From contig BROI01000013.1 in the NCBI GenBank assembly GCA_027923505.1, positions 1 through 64,000 of the forward strand: DNA of 64,000 nt, read 5' to 3'. Within the stretch, counting starts at the first letter, position 1, and every line of letters starts with the position of its first letter. Positions 1-11,081 of this stretch are shown one piece after another. The translations under genes were made by a program, and so were the position numbers. The stretch is from Mayamaea pseudoterrestris (Eukaryota). The notes under the pieces are model-generated. The model worked only from the letters and a program-made list of their open reading frames with translations. It did no database searches and was not told where the DNA came from.

Positions 1-193
1 ACCCAAACCGAAGCGGCAGCGGTGACGTCACGAAGACGGTCACATTTAAGTAAGCGCGGTAAGCGGCAACCGAAGGAGTGGATCGAGGACGATCACTTCT
101 TGGAGAAAATAAGTAAAGTGGTTTTATTGACTCTGTTCTGCTTAATCATTAGTGTCGCTTCAAGGGCGCGCAAGATATATTCTAGATCCAACA
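1..193 (+). repeat. 5' LTR of copia element 1 (partial)
   Basis: Identical to 5014-5206; ends CAACA at 193. Confidence 0.95.
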
Positions 194-220
194 TTTTCTC
201 CAAGAAGCGAGTGAAAAGAC

Positions 221-3200
221 ATGTCTTCGACGAGCAATACTCCGACGACAGGAGCGGCGTCGAGCGGTGGAGGTGCACCTCCCGCTCCGCCAGCAAGCGA
301 AGGAAACCGACGCAACCGTCATTATCGTCGTGGGAATCGTGCTGGGAATCGTTCCGGGAATCAAGGCAATGGTAACAGACTCAACGGACCGAGTCGTGCG
401 CCGAGTGGAAATTCCAAGGAAGCGAGCCGACGCTCGCTGGATTCATCTACGACTATAACGGTTCGCGCGATCCCGATGGATTCATCCGTACGACGAACGA
501 GATCATCACTTTCGTCGGGCGCTCCTACAAGAAATATACCAAGGAGCTGCTCAAGGGCATGCGCAACGTGGAACTGGAGATTCCTGACGAGCCTGCACGT
601 CCAACGAAGGATGCCGACACGACGGACTCGGACTGGTCCATAATGCTCGAGGAATACAAGGCCGACAAGAAAGAGCATGTCGAGCGCGTGCGTGTATACT
701 CCGACTTCCTCGCTGGTCTCTACGCCGTGTTGCATGGACAATGCACGGAGCGTATGAAGGATCGTGTCAAGTCGCACGCCAAGTTCCGAGACGCCGAGGA
801 GGACACGGACGGAATTAAGTTGCTGGCGATTATCAAGGAGATCTCGCATACGTACGAAGGGCGCTGCAAACTTGTGGATCAAGTCGTGGACATTCAAGCT
901 GAGTTGTTCGGACGTACTCAAGGAGCGCGCGAAAGCCTGCAGAAATATTACGAAAGCATGGTCACGCTGGCAGACGTGGCGAAGGCGGTTGGCGTCACGA
1001 TGCACAACGAGATTGTGGCGTTGAACATTGCCAAGGATGACAATCGTAACAAGGCGAACAAGGAGGATATCAAGGCCGCCGAAGAGCTCGAGCTGGGCAT
1101 GCTTTTCGTGCGTGGCGCAACGGGCGAATACGCTGGGTATTGCAAGCACTTGCGCAACTGCTACCTCGACGGGCACGACAACTTCCCGTTGACGATCCAC
1201 GATGCATACAACATCATGCAGCGTCGTGAGCATGCGGATGGAGAAGCCACGTTGCCAACGAACGAGGGCGTGGCGTTTCACACGACTGGTACAGCGCGTG
1301 ACCCTCCCAGATGCTGGACCTGTCAACAGGTTGGTCATGTGCAGCGAGACTGTCCTACGAGAACGGAGTCTACGGAGAGTGCGCCGGCTGCAGAGGCTAG
1401 TGGGGCGCAGCACTTCACGCTGGGTAGCGAGGAAGAAAGCGATGACGACGATGAGGTCGGATACATGTTCGCGCAGCCGCCGAAGGTGAACATCTCGAAG
1501 AAGGCTGTGCTCTTGGACAATCAGTCGACAGTGGATCTGTTCTGCAACGCCAAGATGCTGACGAACATTCGCCCGGTGCCAACGTGGATGGTGACTAAGC
1601 GCAACGCTGGTACAGTAAGGACGAACATGATGGGCGACCTGGAGGGCTATGGTCCGGTGTGGTGGTATCCGCAGGGACTGGCGAACATTTTGAGTTTGGC
1701 GCAAGTCCGCAAGAAGTTTACCGTGGAGTATCTCATGCACGGCGTGGATCGTCCAATGTTCGTTGTGGAGAAGCCGGATGGTAAGCAGCGAGAGTTTGTC
1801 GAGACTGACTCTGGGCTGTATGTTTGCGAGAGCTTTTCGAAGGGCAAGCGCAGCGATGTCAAGGATGGAGTGGCGATGTTGACTACGGTAGACGATAACC
1901 GTACTAACTACACCAATGATGACTATTTACGCGCTGTTAGAGCTAGGGAACTGCAAATCAAAATTGGACGGCCAAGCCTCAAGGATTACCTGCGCATCGT
2001 TACTAGCAATCAGTTGCCGAACTGTCCTGTGACGAAGGCCGACATCCTGGCTGCTGAGCACATCTTTGGACCAGATGTTGGCTCGTTAAAAGGAAAGACG
2101 ACGCGTCGCGCGTCGCATCTGGTGAAGCCTGCGATTGTTGAGCAGCTTCCACCGGCTATCATGAGTCGCTATCGAGACGTTACTCTTTGTGCTGACATCA
2201 TGTATATCAACAAAGTCCCTATGTTGGTGACGTTCTCCCGCAGCATTCGTTTTGCTACGGTTGAGGTGATTCAAAACCGTACGCTTCCGGTTATGTTGAA
2301 GGCAATCGAGTCTGTGTTGAAGATTTACGCACGCGGTGGGTTCCGTGTCGTCGCGGCTCTGATGGATGGGGAGTTCGCTCCAATGCTTGGCGCGTTGGCT
2401 GATCTCGGAGTGGCGCTCAATGCGACATCTGAGGATGAACACGTTGGCGAAATTGAACGTTTTATCCGTGTCGTGAAAGAACGGGTGCGCGCGACATACA
2501 ACACGTTGCCATTTAAGCACGTGCCGGCACGCTTGGTTATCGAAATGACGAAGTCTGCCGTGTTTTGCTGAATGCGTTTCCGAACGAGCGTGGCATTTCG
2601 AAGGATCTCAGTCCACGCACTATTGTGACTGGTCAGACAGTTGACTTTAATCGGCATTGCAAGTATGAATTTGGTCAGTATGTGCAAACGCATGAGTCGC
2701 ACAGCAATGACATGCAGGCGCGCACGATCGGTGCGCTGGCTCTGCGCCCGACTGGTAATGTGCAGGGTGGGTTTTATTTCCTCAGTTTGTCTTCGGGCAA
2801 AGTTCTGAATCGTGGGCACGCTACGCCTTTGCCCATGCCTGATGATGTCATTGAGCGCGTGCATCGTCTCGCTCGTCAACAGAAGGCCAATCCGGGCATC
2901 GTGTTCATGGACCGCCACCGTGTTGCGGAGGCTGCTGAGCCAGTCATGTGGCACGAAGATGACGCCGAGGATGATGATGACTCTGATTATGATGACGACG
3001 CTTCTCGCGGTGACGACGACTCTGCCGGCGGAAGCGAAGGAGTGAATGCGACCGATGACGACGACGACGACGACGATGGTGCTGACGGCGCAATCGAAGG
3101 AGTGCCGAACGACGAGGATGGTGAGGCCATTGACGGCGAACTTGACGACGCGCCAGCCGTGGATGATGGCGAAATTGAAGGAGTGCCCGATGAAGGCGAA

Positions 3201-5066
3201 ATTGAAGGAGTGCCAGCTGCTGCAGACGAAGAGGATTTCGATGCGCGCTATGGCCCACGCACTGGTCGGTATGGCCTGCGTGCGCGCAAACCTCGCTCGT
3301 TCGCTCATTTGTTCACGCTCGACGCTGCAGAGGAAGTGTCGGAGCCACTCGTCACGGCACAGATGAATATGCGACAAGGTTTAAAGGCTTTTGGCGATGC
3401 TGGAGTGGAGGCAGTGCGCAAGGAAATGCAGCAGCTACACGACAGGCACGTCATGAAGGCAGTCCCCAATGCACTCTGACTCCGCAGCAGCGCAAGGACG
3501 CTCTGGCGTATTTGATGTTTCTCAAGCGCAAGAGATGCGGGACTGTGAAGGGACGCGGATGCGCGGATGGACGCAAGCAACGAGCATACACTGCAAAGGA
3601 AGACGCAGCATCTCCAACGATAGCGACAGAGGCCATCTTTCTGACAGCTATCATTGACGCTATGGAAGGGCGCGAGGTTGCTGTGGTTGATGTACCGGGT
3701 GCTTTCATGCAAGCGGAAATGGATGAGTTGGTGCACGTTCGTTTCACTGGGAAGATGGTGGAGCTACTGTTGGAAATTGATCGCGAGATGTACGAGCCTT
3801 GCGTCACAATGGAGAATGGCGAGAAAGTCATGTATGTTGAATTACTCATGGCGCTTTATGGTACGCTTCGAGCAGCGCGACTATTCTGGGAGAAGTTGTC
3901 CGCAAAATTGCTTGAGTGGGGGCTTCGAGAAGAACCCGTACGATCCGTGTGTGTGCAACAAGATTGTCAATGGGAAGCAAATCACCGTGGGATGGCACGT
4001 GGACGATTTGAAGATTTCGCACGTCGACGTGAGCGTAGTGGATGAGTTCATCGCGCAGATGGATGAGGAGTTTGGCAAGGAGACTCCAATGAATAAGTCA
4101 CGCGGAAAAGTGCACGACTACCTCGGCATGGTATTGGACTATACTAAGCCTGGAGAAGTAGCAATCAACATGGTTGACTATGTGAAGAACATCCTGCATC
4201 ATGCGCCAGACGACATGGATGGAACGGCAGCTACTCCGGCAGCCAGTCACTTGTTTCAGATATCGGAAAATCCTGTCATGTTGAGCGAAGCGAAGAAGCA
4301 GATTTTTGTGACGATTGTGATGCAGTGTCTGTATCTGAGTCAGCGAGCGCGACCGGATATTCGCACAGCGATTTCTTTCTTGAGCACGAGGCTGCAGCAG
4401 CCTGACGAAGACGACTATAAGAAGGCTGCAAGAGTGATTAAATATTTACGCGGAAGCGTGGACATGGTGTTGACGCTGAAGGCGGACCAGTCCGGGATAG
4501 TCCAGTGGTGGGTGGATGCGTCGTACGCGGTGCACCCAGACATGAAGGGTCACACTGGTGGAACAATGACACTTGGCCAAGGATCAGTGTACAGTACGTC
4601 GGCTAAACAGAAGTTGGTAACAAGAAGCTCGACGGAGAGCGAAGTTGTGGGAGTTCATGATGTGCTACCGCAGTTGCTGTGGACAGGATATTTTCTGAAG
4701 GCGCAAGGTTTCGGGGTCAAAGACACGAAATTGTATCAAGACAATATGAGTTCAATGCTGTTGGAAAAGAATGGCAGAAGCTCAAGTACAAAGCGCACGC
4801 GACACATGAATGTTCGGTACTTCTTTGTGAAAGATCGCGTGGCAGCTGGTGAAGTCAACATTGAGCATTGTCCGACCGGAGACATGGTCGCGGATTTCTT
4901 CACGAAACCATTGCAGGGAGCCCAGTTTGGCAAGCTCCGCAACCTGGTTATGAATCTGGCCTCGAGCAGTAAGTACTACTCGGCCCAAAGGAGTGTGTTG
5001 AGCATGGATGAGAACCCAAACCGAAGCGGCAGCGGTGACGTCACGAAGACGGTCACATTTAAGTAA
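221..5066 (+). CDS. copia gag-pol polyprotein broken by four 1-nt frameshifts (about 410, 2567, 3468, 3920)
   Basis: Zinc knuckle CWTCQQVGHVQRDC; protease-like LLDNQSTVDLF; integrase core (LCADIM...MDGEF...EHVGEIER); RT (VDVPGAF, LYG, WHVDD); RNase H (VDASYAVH, QDN, ADFFTKPL). Pieces are ORFs 221-643, 559-2571, 2565-3479, 3512-4045 and 3654-5066. Confidence 0.93.
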
Positions 5067-5206
5067 GCGCGGTAAGCGGCAACCGAAGGAGTGGATCGAG
5101 GACGATCACTTCTTGGAGAAAATAAGTAAAGTGGTTTTATTGACTCTGTTCTGCTTAATCATTAGTGTCGCTTCAAGGGCGCGCAAGATATATTCTAGAT
5201 CCAACA
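4996..5206 (+). repeat. 3' LTR of copia element 1 (211 bp)
   Basis: TGTTG...CAACA termini, preceded by a PPT. The pol stop codon (5066) lies inside this LTR. Confidence 0.95.
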
Positions 5207-5493
5207 GTCGTTGCTTGCAGCTTATTCAACAATTTGCCGAGTCTCGCACACACTGATTATACAGAATAAAGAGGGTCCTTTGCGCCGATGCTTTGTATAT
5301 TGCTGCATGGCCTTTATTATTGAAGCGTCAACCTCGCAAGGGAGACGCAGCCGTACGCCGTACAAGACTGGCTTGCTCTCCTCGCTCCATCAAGGCTGAT
5401 TCCTTCCTCGTTTGCGGAACCTTTGACTATATGTTCAATGACAGTAATTGCTACATTGATGAGACTGCAATTCATGTATAGTAGTGGAGGCAT

Positions 5494-6543
5494 TTACAAG
5501 AATACTAGTAGAGCGACGGCAATGATGCGCCATGGTTGAAATAAATGACGAAGCGCGCGTGGATTTATCGCGTGCACCACCGCGGTGAATGGTTTAACAC
5601 GGGCTATCGCGTGGCAAATTATCGCGATCCGGACCTCGTAATCCAAATCAACGCTTCCAGTTAAAAGGACAAGTCCTTGTCCATTGCCTGCCGCCTTGGC
5701 ATCAAGTAACGTGAGGTGGTCATTCTCCCAATTCAAAATCGTGTGATTCGCTAGTACATTCGTGTTCCAAAGCAATCTAAACTCCAGTTTTCTCGTCGAG
5801 TTTGAAAGTGCCAATGCATGCATTGTAACTTCGCCATTGTCCCATAGCGTTGCTACTGCAGGAATGCTGCCTTGCGGGGTGTACATGGCATCGAAGGCGA
5901 ATCGCTGTTTACTTTCCATATGATCATCAGAGACTGAAGCATCGCAGGGAGTATCAGCGTAGCAAGTTTCCCCATCAGGACAGTCACTGGACAAGCCATT
6001 GGGACAATGCGTGCGACATTTGGTGGAAGCGTCATGCCAATCGATGCCGCAATAGTAATGCTTGGTTCGATCGTTTTGAATGTTTTGTGCCCTGTAAGCC
6101 GTGTCCAAATGTCTTGCTTCATCGTCGTCACCTTTCATGTATATATGAGCAGTCGCTAGGTGCAAGGGATGAGAGTCGGAAGGCAATAAAGCTGGTTCGG
6201 ATTGTATTAAAAGTGGTGGACGAAAGGGCGCCATGAACTGTTGCTGTGATGCTTCCCGTAAATCGTATATTTGCAAGATCTTGTCCTCACGAACAACCAC
6301 AATGGCTTCTGTTATTCCATCTCCATCAATATCTAATAGTTTTGGAGCAATGTTAATGGATGATGCGGTGGTTCCCTTGCTTGAATGTCGTGGAAGATAC
6401 CAACTCAAGTGAAGCGATGCGCCGACTGCATCAAGCTCATCGCTGTTCCATGCCATTCGCGACAAGACCAAGGCAGCTACTAAAGCAACGATGTCTCTCA
6501 CTCGAAACATGCTTGGATGCTGTTGGAGGAGTTTTGTCGTCAT
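5494..6543 (-). CDS. Secreted or membrane protein with an FG-GAP-like motif and a diatom-type Cys-rich module; 3' end uncertain, possibly truncated
   Basis: Hydrophobic N-terminus (IVALVAALVL), DIDGDGITE motif and YCGIDWHDASTKC...CP...C...CYADTPC module. The start may be the ATG at 6510. Confidence 0.6.
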   Translation of the reverse strand: MTTKLLQQHPSMFRVRDIVALVAALVLSRMAWNSDELDAVGASLHLSWYLPRHSSKGTTASSINIAPKLLDIDGDGITEAIVVVREDKILQIYDLREASQQQFMAPFRPPLLIQSEPALLPSDSHPLHLATAHIYMKGDDDEARHLDTAYRAQNIQNDRTKHYYCGIDWHDASTKCRTHCPNGLSSDCPDGETCYADTPCDASVSDDHMESKQRFAFDAMYTPQGSIPAVATLWDNGEVTMHALALSNSTRKLEFRLLWNTNVLANHTILNWENDHLTLLDAKAAGNGQGLVLLTGSVDLDYEVRIAIICHAIARVKPFTAVVHAINPRALRHLFQPWRIIAVALLVFL

Positions 6544-6735
6544 TTACTACTTGCTGTCAATGGTCCAAGTCGGATCATCTTGTTGCGTCGCGCGACGAAC
6601 CGCGAGGGTTCCAGAATGTCATTGTGACTGACCGGTACCTGAGTAACGGTACGACGAAATCGATTGTTCTTGGCGAAACCAACCACTTCATTATTTTCAC
6701 TGCCCACATCACAATCATCCAACGTGAACAACAAC

Positions 6736-8415
6736 ATGAAAGGAACGGAACATGAATCTGCAAGGTTTCCCCAATACGTGCTTTTCTGTTTCGTATCTTT
6801 CAATTTGATTCAAGCGTCCCACTCGCTACAAACGTCATTTAACGTAGATTCTGTTGCAGCTGCAAACAGACACGGACGAATCCGGCGGCGGCCTCAGCCG
6901 TCCTTCACTGCCCCTACCTCTACCGCTCGGCCTCTCTACTCTCAGGCAAGAAACAATAATGAGGTATTGACGGATGGTCAACTAGTCGACGAAACGTTCC
7001 AAGAGCTCTATGCCCATCAGCTTCCTCCGTGGCTATTGAAGCGATCTTTTGAATGCGGATGGATTCGTCCCTCACGCATTCAAAAGTACGCCCTTGATAC
7101 TATTCTCATTGACAAACATGACGCCATTATACAGGCAGAAACTGGATCTGGAAAGACGCTGAGCTACTTGCTTCCATGTTTAGCCATGATTGATCCGTCA
7201 AGAGCCGCAGTACAGGCACTTATTGTAGTCCCGACGCGAGAACTTGGATTGCAAGTGGCAAAGTTGGCCAAGCGACTGGCGGCTGGAAGTGTCGAGAGTC
7301 AACATGACCAAAAAATTATGGTCATGAGTGTTTTGCAAGGGAGTCAAAACAAAAGACAGCGAGCATGGGCCTGGGCTGATCCTCCCCATGTTGTGATTGG
7401 AACTCCAGAAGAATTGTGTAAAATGGTACGATATGCTGGCATCAAAAGATATAACTCGGTCCAATTTCTCATTGTTGATGAAGTTGATGCCTGCTTATTA
7501 AATAATGCAGGAAGCTTGACATCAAATTTACAGTCTGGTCCGCTACACGAGCTCCTTTCAAAACACTTGAGTCCAACTTTTGACGATGGAACTGGCATTG
7601 ACTTTGCAACGGATTCAACCCTCCAGCAAGCACAAAAAGCTGCTCTCAATTCACGCGTCCAACAACGACCACTCTCGCAAAAACGACAAACTATATTTTG
7701 CTCGGCAACGATTCCGCAGCCGCGTCATTTTCTCAGGCAGTGTGTTCAAAATCAGTGGATGCTTCGTCAACCAACTCATGTTTGTCTACGATCGGGTGAG
7801 CAACTACTGCCCGAGACATTAGAGCACGCTTACACGATATGCCGGACGACAAAACACAAGCTGGTAGGACTGCGACGTTTGCTACTCAAGATTTATCAAT
7901 CGAGCTCAGAGGAAATCCCAAAAAAGGTACTCGTCTTTTGTGAAACCAATCGGCCAATGCAGGAAATGGCTCGTGTCATTGCCAAGGATTTGTACAGCAA
8001 AATTGACAGCGGCTTGGATAATGCTAGTGAACAAGCTTATGGCGTCGCTACTGTGTCCGTCCTCCAGTTTGACGGCGCCCTGTCTGAGCGTGCGGCTGCC
8101 ATGGATGTGTTTCGCGGAGAAGCCGACGATTCAGCCGCTCAAGCCCCCTTTACCATGCGCATTCTGCTATCAACTGACATGGCCGCTCGCGGACTTGATG
8201 TTGTAGACATTACGCATGTCATTCACTTTGACCTTCCACCGGATGCGGATACGTATACTCATCGTGCCGGAAGGGCAGGCCGGTTCGGAAGACAGGGCCA
8301 AGTCATATCCATCATTCCGTCCGAGCAAGAGTTTGCTTTACAGCGGCAGGCCAACAAGATAAATCTGGACTTGAAATGCATAGGGAAACAAAGGACGAAA
8401 GTTGACTACCGATAG
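6736..8415 (+). CDS. DEAD-box RNA helicase, probably plastid-targeted
   Basis: Q motif, AETGSGKT, PTRELG, GTP, DEVD, SAT, ARGLD and HRAGRAGR; signal/transit-like N-terminus. Confidence 0.92.
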   Translation: MKGTEHESARFPQYVLFCFVSFNLIQASHSLQTSFNVDSVAAANRHGRIRRRPQPSFTAPTSTARPLYSQARNNNEVLTDGQLVDETFQELYAHQLPPWLLKRSFECGWIRPSRIQKYALDTILIDKHDAIIQAETGSGKTLSYLLPCLAMIDPSRAAVQALIVVPTRELGLQVAKLAKRLAAGSVESQHDQKIMVMSVLQGSQNKRQRAWAWADPPHVVIGTPEELCKMVRYAGIKRYNSVQFLIVDEVDACLLNNAGSLTSNLQSGPLHELLSKHLSPTFDDGTGIDFATDSTLQQAQKAALNSRVQQRPLSQKRQTIFCSATIPQPRHFLRQCVQNQWMLRQPTHVCLRSGEQLLPETLEHAYTICRTTKHKLVGLRRLLLKIYQSSSEEIPKKVLVFCETNRPMQEMARVIAKDLYSKIDSGLDNASEQAYGVATVSVLQFDGALSERAAAMDVFRGEADDSAAQAPFTMRILLSTDMAARGLDVVDITHVIHFDLPPDADTYTHRAGRAGRFGRQGQVISIIPSEQEFALQRQANKINLDLKCIGKQRTKVDYR

Positions 8416-8528
8416 TTTATTAACATAATTATTTGATGCAATTTGCTTTAGCCCGTAATCGCTACTAAATTCCACATGCGCTGAATCACATGTATCATGA
8501 CAAAAACCATTTATAGTGCTGCAGCCTT

Positions 8529-10456
8529 TCAGTCGTCCCATTCTCCATCAGCAATCAATGTCGAAACATGCGCTTCCGCAGTTTCATCGTTAGCATCAGC
8601 AAGCGACACCTCATCTTGCACTTCACGCGCGTCTTGGTCATCGCCTGCAACTTCAGCCGATTCTTCTCCAATAGAAGCGAGATTTTGGTTTACAACAATG
8701 TCAGGATCTGCGCGAACAACATCTTCCTCCACGTCTTCCTTTAATTCGGGCGGAGCTACGTAATGGGGCAAACGACCGCGCTGGAAATCATTAATCATAG
8801 ATATGGCTGCGCTGCGAATACAAGGATCTCCGCCCTTGAGCAATCGACCAGATTTTCTGGCTATCATTTCCATGAGCTCCAAGCTGCTGCTCCAGGTATC
8901 AACGCCATCCTTGGGAATATTGTACTGGGCAGCAATGTGCTCCCGCTTCACCTGCTCAACAATGGCGTCGATATAGTCTTCGGGATTTTCTAGGCGCTCG
9001 GCACGAACTACTCCCTTCAAAACGGAGTCCGTTTCCGTGTCTCCTGCCGTGTCAACAACGACACCTGGACAATCAATCAAAGAGATCCGCTTGAACAACG
9101 AAATATACTGCCAAATCTTAGTTTCACCGGGGATTGGCGCAACTTTGCAACTTTTCTTCGAAATAAGAGTGTTAATGACACTCGATTTTCCTGCGAACAC
9201 GATGGTATGACATTATGAGAATTTAACACATAATACTGACCCCAACCGTTACAATCAGTTGCAGTACACTTACCAACGTTTGGATAGCCAACCACGCCAA
9301 CACTGATCTCCTTCTTGTCCTGATGAAGAGTTCCAAACTGTCGCATCAGACTTATCAACGCTCCCTTTCCAAATGCATGCGTCATGCTGGCATGGAACGC
9401 GATAGTCGGCCGCACCTTGCTGAGCTCACCCATCCAACGCTTAGCCACCCAATTGGGCACCAAGTCAATCTTGTTCAAAACAAATACCAAGTGCTTGTGC
9501 GAGGCATTGTCACGAATATGCCGCTCAATCATGGTGCATCGCGTGCCTGGCACGTTGCGTGCATCAATAACATGTAAAACCACGTCACTGCAGTCAAGCA
9601 CCTTGTAAAATTCTCCCCAGATGCGCCTCGACTGCCCCTTTAAAAACAAGTCGTCCTTCTTCTCCTGTCGCCAATCCACCCCTTCACCATTTGGCAGCGG
9701 AAGCTGTGAGTCGCGTCCAATTGCCGCAATGCCTGGACGTGCATTTATTTCATCGTATGTTGACTGACTCTTTTGCGCCGTCTGCAGCAGCGATTCGTAC
9801 AGGTTACCCCCGTTCGTCTCCACACTTTCATCAACGTCAGCTTCCGTTGTCGGTTGCACCAACTCCGCCTTGCCTTCCGTCGATGACTTGCTCGTTTTAG
9901 CTGCTTCCACCGCTCGCGTGATCATGAGTTGATCCAATTTAACCCGCTTGCGCCGCGACTGCTTGCCGAAAGCATTCTCAAATGGCTCTTGTTCCAAGAG
10001 TGCCTTCTTTGAAACCGTGCTATACTCGGCCGCCTCCTTCAAGAGACCCATTGGCAGCTTCTTTCGCTTCAATACGACACTGTAGGGATCCGCAACTGCT
10101 TCCGTCATCTGCTGACGAAACTCGTCCAGTTTCTTGCCATCTACAAGTCGCGTATTGCCAAACCACCTGCGATCCGGCTGAATACGCCCCGTTGACGCCG
10201 TGATTTCCGTATCCCCAGCACGATCAGCCATCATAAACTGACCTCCAATCACTTTACCGCCCTTGTTGCGAATCGTTCGTTGACTGTACATTTTGAGGCG
10301 AGCCACTGTTTCGGCCGAGCGTTTGGAGCTTGCCGCACCGCCGCGTGTACGACCCTTGCCTAGCTTGCTTGATGCATTACTGAATCGCAACGCGTTGGTA
10401 GAGCCAGCCGTCTTGGCGGGACCAGCTGGCTTGGTCGTATTGAACTTTTTCGGCAT
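8529..10456 (-). CDS. NOG2: Nucleolar GTP-binding protein 2 (Nog2/GNL2), one intron 9191-9273
   Basis: GRIQPDRRWFGNTR, KGQSRRIWGE, DARN and NKIDL. GYPNVG|KSS is restored by a GT-AG splice; DCPG follows. Confidence 0.95.
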
Positions 10457-10584
10457 CTTCACTAATAGAAGACAAGGTGAAGGGACGAATGGATCAAGCT
10501 TGTCGGCGCAAAGAAACTGCACAATGGAGAAAAATAATTGGTGGCAGCGAAAACGATCGTGAGTACCACTACGATTTAATGACA

Positions 10585-10990
10585 AATACGTCATAAGGCA
10601 ATAAAGCAAAACGAGTGCCAGTGAAAACTGCGTCACGAGGCTATAGTACGAAACGAGTGCCAGTGAAAACGGAGTCATGAGGCTATAATAGAAAACGAGT
10701 GCCAGTGAAAACGGCGTCATGAGGCAATAGTAGGATTCGAGTGCCAGTGAAAACTACGTCTCTTGAAAAGAACATTGAATGAGTATCAGTGCAAAAGTAC
10801 AAAACGAATGCCAGTGAAAACTGCGTCACGAGGCAATAATTGAAAACAGGTGCCAGTGTAAACTGTGTCATGTGGCAATAATAAAAAAACAAGTGCCAGT
10901 GAAAACTGAGTCATAAGGCAATAACACAAAACGAGTGCCAGTGAAAACTGCGTCACGAGGCAATAACACAAAAGCAGTGGCAATGAAACC
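10585..10990 (+). repeat. 42-bp minisatellite array 1 (about 9 units, one interruption near 10760-10800)
   Basis: Repeated core ACGAGTGCCAGTGAAAACTGCGTCA..AGGCAATA with about 42-nt period; reverse complement of arrays 2 and 3. Confidence 0.9.
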
Positions 10991-11081
10991 GGCAAGCGGG
11001 TGAATCTTCTCCACAAACGCGCGACTTCATTTCGGCTTTACGGCTACCAGTCTTGTACAAGCTACTCACATAAACATTAGC

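Larger units (their letters stand above)
1..5206 (+). mobile_element. Ty1/copia LTR retrotransposon (diatom CoDi-like); 5' LTR truncated by about 18 nt at the window edge
   Basis: Bases 1-193 are identical to 5014-5206. The 3' LTR (4996-5206) runs TGTTG...CAACA after a purine tract AAAGGAG. Internal domain order is gag-PR-IN-RT-RH. Confidence 0.97.

Noticed and set aside
361..3377. Long antisense ORFs (459 aa and 350 aa) over copia 1
   Set aside because: Shadow ORFs of a GC3-rich sense CDS with no recognisable motifs.
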